Assembly: GCA_038496445.1 (NCBI GenBank)
Contig: JALMLS010000304.1
Location: 62,001-126,000, forward strand
DNA from: Trichosphaerium sp. ATCC 40318
Lineage: Eukaryota > Protista > Tubulinea
Direction: 5' to 3'
DNA length: 64,000 nucleotides
This document shows, one piece after another, positions 26,616 through 39,106 of the stretch. The position numbers and the translations under genes were made by a program. Below the pieces are notes generated by a model. It ran no database searches. It was given only the letters and a program-made list of their open reading frames with translations, and was not told the DNA's origin. Every line of letters begins with the position of its first letter. The stretch's first letter is position 1.

Positions 26616-29600
26616 GAAATGTGTCTACAAATTGGCACAACTTTACAATACTCCAGATGACCAAGTGTTATTGATCAATTATTATCATTATGCCATACCG
26701 GCTTGAAATACCAGCAAAATTGGGTCAATAATTTTAGTTAACACAAAACACAAATGTCGTCAGAACCTGTACCTCCGCCTGCTAAAAAATTAAAAGATGA
26801 GGAAGTATTGAAGTGTTTACTGTACCTTTAACAATTATTTTTTACTCTTGCTGTATTTAACTTTTTATTAGTAGTATAAACTTACAATTGAATACTTTAA
26901 ACGGCTTATGTACTTCAAATGAACAAGCTATAACAAAAATTGCAAACACTCAACAAGTTTTAAACGCTCCCACAATTGAAGAGAAAGATATTCCCACGCC
27001 TGACCATGTGCGCTGATGCCAAACCTGCAATATTACATTTGTAACATAATTTATTTTTTTAGAGCGGATTGTCAACAATAATTGTACGGACACTGATAGA
27101 AGAAGGCGCGAGAACACACAAACAAAAAGTAGCAACTTTTACAAAATTAAAAAAAGAAGAAAAGTACAAATCATATGACTTCACCTCAAGCAACAAAAAG
27201 CTTATACGATGCTACACAACTGCTTTTAGAAATTTAAAAGGTTATATCACAAAGTATGTGCGGACAATAAAAGAAACAGACGCAAGCATAAGCTCAGAAG
27301 ACGCTTGTACGGCATATGTGTTTTAGGGGTTTTTTACATTAACATTTTATTTTTTCAGGGGCTATAATTCTTAAAGCTCTTCAACACAATGATTTCTGTA
27401 TTGCCATTTCCTTTGTAAGTACTCCGAAAACAGAGGAGATGTTTAAAACAATGGTACGAGAGACATAAAGGCTTTTTTTGTTGATTCACAATATTAATTG
27501 TTTTTGGTCTCAACATAACAGTAATTTACAGTTCGCCAAAATATGGAAGCTCTCTCCTCAAAAAGCATCGAAACACTACAAACAAGCACAAGTTTCTGGA
27601 CATAGACGTTTTGTGGCTAACAATTATAAACACTTGTACGATTTTCCTTTTTTTTGCTTATTTGGTGTTGACTTGACTTGTAGAACAACATTTGTGCAAG
27701 ATAAAGCAAAAGGATTGCATTTAAAAACACAAATTGAAGCACTTTCTGTAACTATGGGGCTGTCACAACCAAACACAGTAAATATGGAAAACAACAATAC
27801 ACCTAGCATGTTTCCTGTCGACGGCATTGCTGGTAATCGTTCCAATGATACGTTTTCTTTTGGAATAGATAGAAGTACTTTTGATAATGTTTTTCCTGGT
27901 GGCTTTTCTTCAAACTCAATGCTTACTTCTTTCAGAAATGTGGCTTCTATTCCAGGTACATGTTATGTCTGCCCATTAGTATTGTTTTTAACTCTCTTTT
28001 TAGCTGTTTCTCCTAATAGAAGTGGTATTGTTGTGCCCAACAATTCCAACGACTTAATTTCAGACAGTTTTTTTGGTTCTGATTTAATTGATGACAGCGA
28101 CTCACATGGTGGTACTACAATTTTTAAGTCTGGTACAACAATTGCTCCTACGGTTGACCAACACAATACACTTGCCACTAGCCGACATGCTGTTGCTACT
28201 TTTAGCGAAATAGTAGGTGATAACTGTAATACAAGTGTCGATTTAGCCTCTGTGAATGGCTCTATTGGTTCTAGCGTATCATCTGTCGTTACTCATGGTA
28301 TTTCTGGCACTCAAGTAATTGAGTCAGTTGTCACAAGTAAGAGTTACTTATGCTATGTTTGGTTATTCATTATTTTGTAATAGCAACACAGCAACTCGCA
28401 TTGGACGCACAGCTTTCATTTCAAGGTCAAATATATTCATTTGTTGATTTTGTTTGGCTTTATAGCAATGATGGAACTCCAAATGCAAAGCAATTGATTT
28501 CTTATATGGCTTTGTTAAAACAAACACTCCGTACTCAAGGTATGATACATTAAAAAAAAAATAATATTAAACCACAACAGCAGTAAACTTTGAAAGCATC
28601 ATAATTGGTTTGGAAAAAGATTTAGAACACACTCCCGTTTTGGTATGTAAATAAACACCACAAATTCTTATTATTGTATTGAAGGACAAGAGCAACAGCA
28701 GTAATTGTGTTTTTGCTTTGGTGCCATTTGTTTTTCAAGGTCCAAATCCTGCCGTTGTTACTTTGGCGACTATCCAAGATGACTACACTACCAAAATGTA
28801 CCTTACTTTCTTTTTTTTTATCACATCTTAATAACTATGTTGTAGAGGTTGGTTATCAATTGTTGGAGTTGCCAATGACCACATTTACATCTATTGTACG
28901 TGATTTTACATTTATTTTTTCAAAATTGTAATTCTTGTAGGTCCGAAAGTAGCTCCAGACAACATATCTGGTTTTGTGAAATCTGTTGCTCATTATAAAA
29001 AAATAGTTCCATGGATCAATAATCTTCATTGCAAGATAATAAAGGGAAAGCGGGAAATATTAGACTTACAAGCTAATGCAGAAATGGTAGCACGATATGT
29101 TGTTGAAGCTTCTTTAAAATCCAAAACAAAGGTGCTGTGTTTATGATAACTAGATATTAATATGTTTGTAGAAGAAGAAAAGAACAGAGAATTTATATAA
29201 CAAGGTTACAAGCAACGCAAAGCAGCTGTTGAGCCTTTCAAGATTGTGTTCATTGTTTGGAGAATTAATTTACATTGAAAAACAAGACAAGTTGTCCACT
29301 CACTTTTTGTCGTGTATGTCCAATCTTTGTATGTTTTGCTAATGTAACAATGTAGTTAACTCAACTGTGCAAACACACAGTATGAGCACTATTGTAGACC
29401 AGGCTTCAAAAGGATTTATTACGTTTTTTGAATAATGTAATTACATATCCAATAAATAGAATGAATTGTAAAAATAGTTTTTTTACCTATTTATATAACG
29501 GACTGCTGTCAATGATAATAAAAAAAAAAGTATATACCATTAGCAAAGTGGTATAAAATGCAAGTTACAAGTGGTATATACCAAAAAAAAAATGGTATAT

Positions 29601-29850
29601 AGGAATGGTATATTAGGTTTTTTCAAGTGAAAAAAAATGGTATAAATTCCGTGTTTATACCACTTTTTCCTGGCATATTAATGGTATATTTTACAAGTAT
29701 ACCAACTTTTTTTGGTATAATATACCATTTTTTTTGGTATATATTGCTGGTTTTTGGTATAAATGCCTTGAAAAGTGGTATAAAAAAAAGGTATATTTGA
29801 TTCAAAAAATAGTATATGCAAAAAAAATATGGTATATGGTTTTAGACCTG
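26616..29850. mobile_element. Left-truncated DNA transposon (end GGTTTTAGACCTG) carrying an intron-rich gene
   Basis: Array of TGGTATA/TATACCA motifs at about 29530-29840 ends in ...TTTTAGACCTG (reverse complement CAGGTCTAAAAC, resembling the neighbouring CAGGGCTGAAAC TIR). No matching left end was found. Confidence 0.65.
26754..29400 (+). CDS. Hypothetical multi-exon protein inside the transposon stack
   Basis: ATG at 26754 (MSSEPVPPPAKKLKD, NLS-like), a dozen or so GT-AG introns joining open exons (e.g. 27069-27306, 28003-28337), Ser-rich middle. No recognisable transposase motif. 3' end approximate. Confidence 0.6.
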
Positions 29851-30780
29851 ATAAGGCCCAAACTCCTACCCCAGGCCCTGCTTCCACTCCGCGTCCCTCT
29901 GAAGATACGCCTCGCTGTCAGTCCAGTTGGCGTACTGTAGACACGATGGCTACCTTAAAGAATCACTTGATACGTATACGTGACAGCGTGCTCGCTTCGT
30001 CTAAGCAAAATGCTTACTCAAGTGCTGCAAAGGTTCTCATGAGTTTGTTGACTCATGGTTCTTTTTACGTAACTAGTAATTCTCGCAACGATGTTTTCGA
30101 ACATAAAATCGGCTTGCTACATAGTAACGAGGAGGTCCTCCGCTTTGTCACTGAACTCATTTCCAACTTTGACATTGCGTTCTCTTACGAGATTGCTAAG
30201 CTTCGACGCTGACATTGCACAGGAGTGACAACGCTTTAAAAACGGGGGGAGAACTGTAATGACTATATTCCGTACTGTACTTAAACACGCCTGTACCTTA
30301 ATACATAGGAGATTCCTAGGCTAACCTACTTGCCGTTTATCTCCATTACAATGGTTTGGAGATGGTAAAAACACGGAATGTTTCGGAATATTTCGTGTTT
30401 TTTTCGGAACATTTCGTGTTTTTTCGGAATCAATTCATTTCATTCTGTACATCTCCTAACGGAACAGATTGTTTTCATCACTAGGCACATGCGAGTATTA
30501 TGTACACGTGTTTGTTTCAAATCGTTTTACCAGTCTTTGTGATACGAACATGGAAAAAAACTGAATTGTAGATCTATAATTTCAGAAAACGAACGTTTTT
30601 CTGAAATAGCACTCAATTTTAACTAATTCAGCTTCTCAGGGTTGTGTTACACGCCCTACGAACTATTGCAGATATTGTTGTGAAAATGCAGTGAATGCTC
30701 AGTTTTCTGTGCATGGTTTAAGCGTTTTTTCTCAGCGTTACTTTTTTTGTAAAGTCAAACTCGCGGAAACCTACTGGTTG

Positions 30781-33700
30781 ATGGAGCCCAACGGCGAGCA
30801 AGGTAGCTCAACAGCATCCAAAAGAGGTGGGAGAGGGCGATCTAGGGGAAGAGGTCGCTCGAGAGGTCGCGGTAGAAGAAATAACCGGCAACCCTATGTA
30901 CATAAGCCTTATGTACCTAAAAAAGCTCGCGAGAAGAATAATGATAAACCTGCAGTTGAAGGAGGTGAAAATAATGTAAAAAATACCAAATCAACCACAG
31001 ACGAACCCAAACAACCCCAAAGGCGCCAAAACTTGGATGACTATGGAAATTATTCAAAATACAAGCCAAAAGCACAAAACAAACGCAAAAAGCGAAATCC
31101 GCGAAAGGCGGAGGTACGAGAGTGTACTAGTACGTTTTCCAACAATATTTAGATCAGCATTTCCAGCGAGCACACAGAACAAGCCAGCCGCATCATTAAA
31201 GAGCTTGTTGATAGTTCTTACAACTGTGCAGTGTGTTTTGATAAAGTTCATGCTAATCAATCCATTTGGCCTTGTAAAGGCTGCCACACAATTTTTCACA
31301 TACGCTGCATTATCCAATGGCGTAGAGAATCCCAGTCAGGTACTACATTTGTTTCAAAAACACGTCGTTCAGCAAAACCATCATTTTCGCTTACTGTGTT
31401 ATAGAAGGTAATGAGTGGAGATGTCCTACCTGTAGAGCAGAGTATACCAAGAGAGCTCAAGCATCTTGTTTCTGTACAAAGCGTAAAGGCTCTATACGAG
31501 CAGACCCATACCTGGTACGTTTTTTTTTCGAACTATCAAAATAGAAACTAATTGTTGTTAAGGTGCCTCACTCTTGCGGAAATTCCTGCGGAAAATTTTT
31601 GAGCTGTAAAGTGCATAAATGTACATTACAGTGTCACCCTGGTTCTTGTCCAAAATGTTCCGCTATGGCGCCAGCCAAACCATGTTTTTGTGGTGCTACA
31701 AAATATCAATTAAGGTACCACGTGCTTTTTTTTTTCGTAGCAAACATTTTAAAAAATCGCGTTTGTCGTGCTGACAACTCCTTCAAAGATGTGGTGAAGA
31801 AGATCACGGTAAATCTTGCGATGCTATTTGTGGTAAAACATTGAATTGTGGCAAGCATACTTGCAAAGAAGTATGTCACAAAGGTACTTAAAATTTATTT
31901 TTTTGAAGTACTTTTTTTTCTGACAGTTTTTAAGGTGCTTGTGCCCCTTGTGCAGTAGAAACGACCCAGAGATGTTACTGCGAAAAAATCACGGAGATTC
32001 GGCCGTGTGGTTCTGAAGAACGTATAGATAGATCAATACCTGGAAACGAACGGCACTTCTCATGCAAAGAGCCTTGTGGACGGTATGTGTTTTTTTAAAT
32101 TAAGTTGTTTTATCTTACTAACTCTTGTGTTTAGACTGCTTTCTTGTGGTAATCATACATGTGCACATACATGTCATGTGGGAGAATGTGGAACTTGTCC
32201 ATACGCTCCTGAAGTGGTAACAAGATGCCCTTGTGGAAAGGTACATAATAGCAACTTCTGTTGTAAGACGCTCCTCCAGATTAACTTTTTTAATTAGTCA
32301 CTTGTCAAAGATTTGTTGGATACGCCCAGAACAAGTTGTACCGATCCTATACCATCTTGTAAAGCAAAATGTGGTAGAGTACGTCTTACTATTTCTTTGA
32401 TATTCTCCTTTGAGTTAACAAGATCAAATAGCGTTTATCATGTGGTCACATGTGTAATTTGATTTGTGGTCATAAAGAACCATGTGACTGCGAAAAGACA
32501 GTAACAGTTTACTGTAGATGTGGTAAAACACCATTCACCAGAATTTGTAAAGGTAATATTATTTTCCTATCATCAAGTGGATGCTACGCACACACTTTGT
32601 AAAAAATACTTGAGCTTTTTTTTGACACGTCTTTTTTTTCTTTAGAAATTGGACCTAACAAAGATGCTTATCGTCGAAATCTGCTTTGTGAAAAATCTTG
32701 TAATGTAGTATTGACGTGTAACTCGCATAAATGCCAAAACGTATGTTGTGCTGCACATCCAAAAGGTAAAGACTAATCTTCGAATTTTACAAATCTCGAA
32801 CATTATTACTTGGTTTGACACTTTCTAATCTTGGCGTAGGTATTGATAATCATGACCCTGAAGGTACACATATTTGTAAGAGAATATGTAACAGGCTTCT
32901 AAATTGTAAAAAACACTACTGCGACAAACTTTGCCATAAGTACGTTAACTTGATACAAAAACCTAAAGAAAATTGAAAGAAAAAAAGTGTATTGCTAATC
33001 TAACTTCAACTATTAGAGGTGGTTGTGGAAGATGCCTAAACTCTTCTTGGGAAGATAGATCATGTCCTTGTGGTAGAACAGTTCAAGAAGCACCAATACA
33101 CTGTGGCGCACCTCCTCTTGTTTGTCATTACCCTTGTAACAAAGAGAGACCATGCGGTCATGTTGATAAGATACAACATACTTGTCACACAGGTAAGTTT
33201 ACTTATACAAACCTCACAATACCTAGTTTTGTACACATCTATTGTAGCTCAGAGATCTAATGTTTTTTCTTTTACAGGTCCTTGTCCGCCTTGTGCAGCG
33301 TTAGTTCAAAAACCTTGCTGTTGCGGTGCTCAAAAATTCTGGGTGAAATGTTCTGTGAACCCGTCTTGCAGTAGACCATGTAATAAGCAGTTATCTTGCG
33401 GTATACATAAGTGCAACAGGACTTGTCACAGTGGACCTTGTGAAAAGAAAGTAGTAGAAGGTGATACTGAAACACGCGTAACTTGCGGGTACGTACACAT
33501 CATTTTTGAGCAAGATATCTTTCTATTGTACTGACTATCTTTTAGTTTCAAGTGTCGTCTCATCAGACCTTGTGGACATCCTTGTAATGCTGAATGCCAT
33601 CCAGGATCGATATGTCCTGAAATACCTTGTACATATAAGGTACGTTCATTTAGAGTTAAAATACTTGTTGCTCACGTGCTTGATGCTGATAACAGCATTT

Positions 33701-35103
33701 TTTTCTATTGTTTTTGCCGCTAACATTTCTTCTTTCTAAGGATACTGTTCGATGTGATTGTGGCAGAATATCAAGGCTTGTACCTTGTCTGAATGGAGAA
33801 GTGAAGAATATTGCCTGTACTGAAGCTTGTTTTGAAGATCAACGCAAAAAGAAACTCGCAGATGCATTTGGCATCTCTGCTTCTAAGTATGTTATCTTTT
33901 TCTGAGATCCTCCTTTTATTTACAACTCTGAGAGTCTAACCACATATCTTTTTAGAGGGCAATCAGTTCGTTACTCTGAGAAACTTCTTGTTCTTGGTAG
34001 ACTAGTACCAAAGTTTGTTAAAGAATGTGAAGGAATGTTTGCAAATCTACTTAATGGACAAATGCTTCGTACTGAGACTACACCTCTTCAAAAGATTCAT
34101 AGAACTATATTATATGAGTTAGCTGGATACTATAATATTCAAATAAGAAAGACTGATAATTCTGTGACATCAAAACTCCTTGTTGAGAAAACGCCACGAA
34201 GTGAAAGGTAACTCTTTTTTTTTTGTTGTTTCTTGACCTGTCAGTCCTTCATTATTTAGTGCAAATTCTTAATTTGTTTATAGACCTGCTGTATTACTTT
34301 CAGAGTCAATGTCAGCTCCACCTCCTGTTAAACCAACGAATCCTTGGGCAGCTAAAAGAGGGTAAGTTTAGAGTTCAAAAAAAAAAATACAAAATGCTTT
34401 GTGTTTCTCATTGTTTTTTCTAGCGCTGATGTTGTTACACAATCACTTGAACCAAAACGAGTCACACTTATGGTCTATGGCTTACAACAAAATGTACGAA
34501 ATTAGATCTATTACCCAAGAAAGAAACTTGGCGCTCGTAAAGTGTTTACTGATTGGTTTTTTAAAATAGGTTAAGAGCAAACACATTCTTGATGCTTTAG
34601 CTGTCATAAAAGCTCACGTTATGTTGCAATGGTTAGATGATAATAGTGCACTTGTTATTCTTGATGATAAGCAATACTTGGAGCACGCAGAACATGGACT
34701 AAGAGCTGCTAAATTTAGGTTCAAGGTAACGACTTTATTCTCTCGAAAAAGTTTTTCCTCACCTTCTTTCTACTAGCCTTTTGAAGATACACAATCTCTA
34801 CGACCAACTAGACAGCAAAATACAAGAACAGCACCAAGAGCTAGAAAACCAGCAATGCCAACTGTTTGGAAGCCTACATATAGTTGGCAAAAAGACCAAA
34901 ACACTTTTAATGTTTTAGCGCAAAAAAAAGCACCAAAAGCACCGAAGCATATAAAGACAAACAGCCCTTCAGCTCCTAAAAAGTCTCGTATGACAACACT
35001 TAGCTTTGATGCACCACCTAAAGAATTCGATGATAAACCTTTACCTGAACCTAAGGAGATAACTTCTTGGACAGAACTGATAGAATCTGACGATGACTTG
35101 TAA
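30781..35103 (+). CDS. NFX1: NF-X1-type zinc finger protein (RING/PHD-like finger, repeated NF-X1 fingers, R3H-like region)
   Basis: RG-rich N-terminus, [54 protein letters not shown] and many CG.H.C...CH.G.C repeats, [21 protein letters not shown]. Confidence 0.88.
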
Positions 35104-35329
35104 ATAATGTAAAAAAAGAAACTAAACGAAAAAACATAAAGCAACGCCTTAAAAAACAAACTTGTTCGAAGTTTAGTGCTGCAGTTCTATGGAACAACGT
35201 TACTCAGTGTTTTCACCACTGATGCTTGAATTCTATAATGTAGATGTTTCTATGTAACTGACTTACTTGAGCTAACCTGGTACGTGACACGTGACATAAC
35301 AATTTACAAAAGTCTATGGTCATGTGATG

Positions 35330-38300
35330 TACATGTCACTTTCGTTCCAATAATGGCTTAATTTGCGGCTAAAGTAGACTGGTTCTTCACTAGTAATTTT
35401 ATTGAACTTTCAGGCTACTGATCTGATACAGACAGTTTTAGTAATTACCATCCAGCACCTTGAACTCTAGATCTTTTTTTTTTCTTACCAGTTTTGTTTT
35501 TCTCTGGAACTTTCGTTGAAGAAGGTTGGGGTTCTTTTTGATTGGTAGTCACATTCTTAAGCCTCAACGCCTTTACTAACTCCATATGATGTTTCATCAT
35601 AAATGTACTTTTTGACGACGTAGAACTAAGTGCCGGAGTGTTAGCATCAGTTTTGGTTACACGGAAAAAAAAAGTGTTTCTTGGTTTTCCAAAAAAAGTT
35701 CACATCAAGTTGTTGTAACTTACCCTCTTTCTTCCTCTACTACCATATAAAGCTTTATAGCAAGTTCATGATAAGGACATATTGGAGCCAAGTTATTATG
35801 CTCTGGATAGTCTCCTGGAATACGTTCATTGGTAACCAACTGACCTTCATTAAAAAACTGTTGGAGCAGCTATTAAAAAAGTAAGAAAAAGTCTTCAACA
35901 AAACACGTGAAAAACATACAGTTGGCGATCCAAGTTTTTCATTTTTAAACCATTTTCTAGCTGGACCATGTGATTTAGCACGTTCTTCATCCGACCAAGA
36001 ACTAATATCTATACCACGTTTTGAAGCAACATTGACAATATCATGTGTGGTGTCAATGCCATACTTATAAGTATCATCTTCTTTTCCACCCTTACCTAAA
36101 CATAAAATAAGAAAAAAACCAACATCTGGTGGTAGAAGTCTAGAGACCAATACTGATCTCTTTAATGCGTGTTGACCGTACCTCTTTTTGTGTGTCTATC
36201 TATAGCATACATTGGTATACCTTCAGGATGTCTACCAGCTAATATATCATCTTCAGGAGGATAACAAAATGACATCAATGAAGGAGCCACATTAATCTAA
36301 ATAAACTAAGTTTCAATCCACTACACTTTAAGTACCTCTGTAAGAGGCTCATCGATAAGGTAAGCTTGTCTAGTAAGGAGCAACAGTGCGTGAAATACAC
36401 GTAGACGACATCCAGACCCTCCACCAATCGCTTTTTTATTCATTGAATAGAGGGCATCTATTGCTTTTTTTGAAGCTTCAGAGGCTTCCATCTTTCTGTA
36501 TACTTTCCACAAGTGTTCCTCCCACATAGAGTTTCCTTTAGCATCTTTTACCATATAAATACGTTGAACTAAATAGATAGCATCTGGTTCTTTCTTTGAG
36601 TCTTTCTGAGCTTCGAGAATCAAACCACTTAATTGAAGTATCATTTGTGGCTTAACTGGCGTCAAATAGGCTTCCTTGAGAGACATCTTGCCGTTTTCTA
36701 CTGCTTTAATTCTTTCTCTGACTTGTAATAAACTCATACCACATACCTAGAAACATATTAATGCTAAGAGCATTGATGGTGATGATTGACGTACATCGTT
36801 AGTAACGCGACATTTTGGCAGACTTGCAAGAAGATGAGCTGCTCTTAATAACACTGTTCTTGCGTCGTTATCTTCGTATCCTTTATTTCCAGCTTGGTAG
36901 TTTAATTGCAACCATCTTTTATGGAAATCAAGCATCTTTGTAGGCAAAGAAACAGCAGTGAGGGATAAGTCTATAACGCAACATTAACAAGGCTCGTAAA
37001 AGAAACAATAAATATATTGTATACCTTCAGATGCAATAACTGTTAATCTGTCTATAGCTCGCCTACCCATACCAGACTGATCAAACTCAGCAGCCCAATA
37101 ACAAGCACTTTTTGGATCCGAACGTCTAATAGCTTTTTGTAGGCAAGACATTACCTAACACACGTGTGAACTTTCGAAAAAAATTAAACCACACAAAACG
37201 TACCTCATCTGTCCTGTATAAATGTAAAGTATGATTATTCTTTAGGTTACGTGGCTTTGTATTACCAACAATAGTAGGTGTACCAGTGACACTTCTAAAC
37301 TCATTTTTTGTATGTATCTCTATCGGTTTATCTTCAGGATGTGTCTAATCTTATTTAATTCTTACTTTGTTTTTCTTTTTCAAAGAAAAATCTTTTGTGA
37401 ACGTGATGAATAGCGTTGACAGCCGTGATTCTCTTTATAATAATAATCAAGTGATGACGTACTTGTTCTCGTTTTTCGATCAAACTTTGAAGACGCGCAA
37501 TAATTTCTGAGAACTCAGGGCGCTTAGAAGGATCATGATCCCAACAATTATATAGAAGGTTGCAATAGTCTTTTTGTTCTACTTGAGTAACTTCAGGTCT
37601 TTCTCCGCTAACAATACGGAAAGCAACATCTTTTACATTGCCTGTATCAATGAAAACCCGCCTTGAGAAACACAATTAGAACACCAGCAAACACTCAACA
37701 ACAAACAAACAAAAAAATAAGAAAATCGCACTTTGGTCCTTTGAACCCTTCTAGCACTTCATAAAGGCACATAGAGAACATATATACATCAGCTTTTGTG
37801 GTATAACCTTCAATAGGAAGACGTTCAATACGTGGTCTTAGAACCTCTGGCGCTGACATTCTCATATGGCCAGTAAAAGACAAAGGATCATCATCTTTAA
37901 ATAAACTGCCACCAAAGTCTAAAAACTAAAGTTACTAACAACCTTTATCACCACGTGACACTGTCAAAAGTAAACCAAAAAAAGTACCTGCTAGTTTCGC
38001 TGTAAAACCTCCTTCAGGGTGAGAGAATAAAAGTACGTTCATCAAGTGAAGATCACGATGATACACGCCGACAACGCTACAATTAGATTGTTTTTAGAAA
38101 CAAAATCATTCGAACTCTCGCTTACTCGTGGAGGTATTGAAGCGCTACAGCCGTTTCTAGAAGTATCGAGAGCCAGTTTTTCGATACGCTGTGAGCACTA
38201 GATGCTGTTAATGGAAACTCAACTTTAAACGTGTTACTTACACTGGAAAGCGTCTTGTCGCTTCTAATACGCGGAATGCATCAGTTTTTGATCGTTCTAG

Positions 38301-38699
38301 AACAAGATAACCCATTTTTTGGGAAACGACACAACCACCATAGTATTTGATGATATTTGGATGAGAACAAGCTTCCAGTACGCGCAACTCTCGTTTAAAT
38401 TCGTCCTGGTTAGAATTAGAGATTCAATACGATCTAATGCGCTAACAAAGTGTACCACGTACTAAATGGGAGTATTGAACACCTCCGGAGAGTTTAGACA
38501 CCTTTTTAAGGTTTGTTTGCTATAATTACTTTTAATTTAGCTCAACGTTTACTAAAATCACCTTAATAGCAACATCTACGCCATCAATAGTTGCTCCAAC
38601 AATAGACGCTGAAAATCCTTTGCCAATAGGCGTTTTTTTAGCCCTTGTAATTTTTATACCCTTAAACTGCGTTTTGAACATAATTCTAGGAGTTGCCAT
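35330..38699 (-). CDS. TKL-type protein kinase apparently fused to a RarA/MgsA/WRNIP1 C-terminal-like helical domain
   Basis: Kinase: IGKGFSA, VAIK, HPNII, YHRDLHLMN, DFG, SAPE, DVYMFS, CWDHDPSKRP. Downstream exons: YRTDE/VMSCLQKAIRRSDPKSACYWA..RLTVIASE, AAHLLASLPKCR, PMYAIDRHTKRG. 3' end approximate. Confidence 0.75.
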
Positions 38700-38917
38700 G
38701 GTTGTGTTATAAGTATACAAAATTGTGTTGAAGTTTTCACTTAAATCATGCCAACGTGTAGGTTGTAAAACCACGCAACTTTTCGCTTTCTGAATAAATT
38801 CTCATATCAGGAGCACAAACTATACTTTGAGGGTCTTGTATCGCGGCGACTACTAAACGCCTTTAGTATTAATAGCGAATCCAATAGCAGGTTTTGTGTA
38901 GTGTACCATGGATGGCA

Positions 38918-39106
38918 CTATGTTGCTGTAAAGACCAACTTTATAAGCCTTAATGAATTACAAAACGGTACAACTCCTGCTCTCGACACTTGGTCCATAT
39001 AAAATGACATGACATGTACGACACCCCACAGGATTGCAAGCGCAGTGATTATCACGAATAGGCGCTGAGAGATAAAAAATGCTACTTGTACAAACACTGA
39101 AGCCAT
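38918..39106 (-). CDS. Possible small membrane protein
   Basis: ATG-initiated ORF with one hydrophobic stretch (LFVIITALAILWGVVHVM). No homology recognised. Confidence 0.25.
   Translation of the reverse strand: MASVFVQVAFFISQRLFVIITALAILWGVVHVMSFYMDQVSRAGVVPFCNSLRLIKLVFTAT

Larger units (their letters stand above)
25485..30350 (+). mobile_element. Internally deleted LTR retrotransposon with 96-bp LTRs
   Basis: LTRs 25485-25576 (lacks last 4 nt) and 30255-30350, identical over the shared 92 bp, with TGTAATG...CATTACA ends. 4-bp TSD ATGG (25481-25484, 30351-30354), single in the empty site of copy B. Purine tract just before the 3' LTR. ORF remnant 29851-30212. Confidence 0.9.
24417..30456. 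mobile_element. Palindromic (foldback/MITE-like) DNA transposon, copy A, interrupted by nested insertions
   Basis: TIRs of about 90 bp beginning GGAGATGTACAGAATG (24417) and ending CATTCTGTACATCTCC (30456). 3-bp TSD TAA at 24414-24416 and 30457-30459. Element sequence is 24417-25484 plus 30355-30456 and matches 58482-59677. Confidence 0.93.

Noticed and set aside
25625-26638. ORFs rich in NAL/CL/KNA
   Set aside because: Translations of the MITE's AGGCAT/ATGCCT subterminal repeats.
29530-29850. TGGTATA array as a telomeric or satellite repeat
   Set aside because: Irregularly spaced in both orientations and ending at a CAGG-type terminus, so better explained as transposon subterminal motifs.
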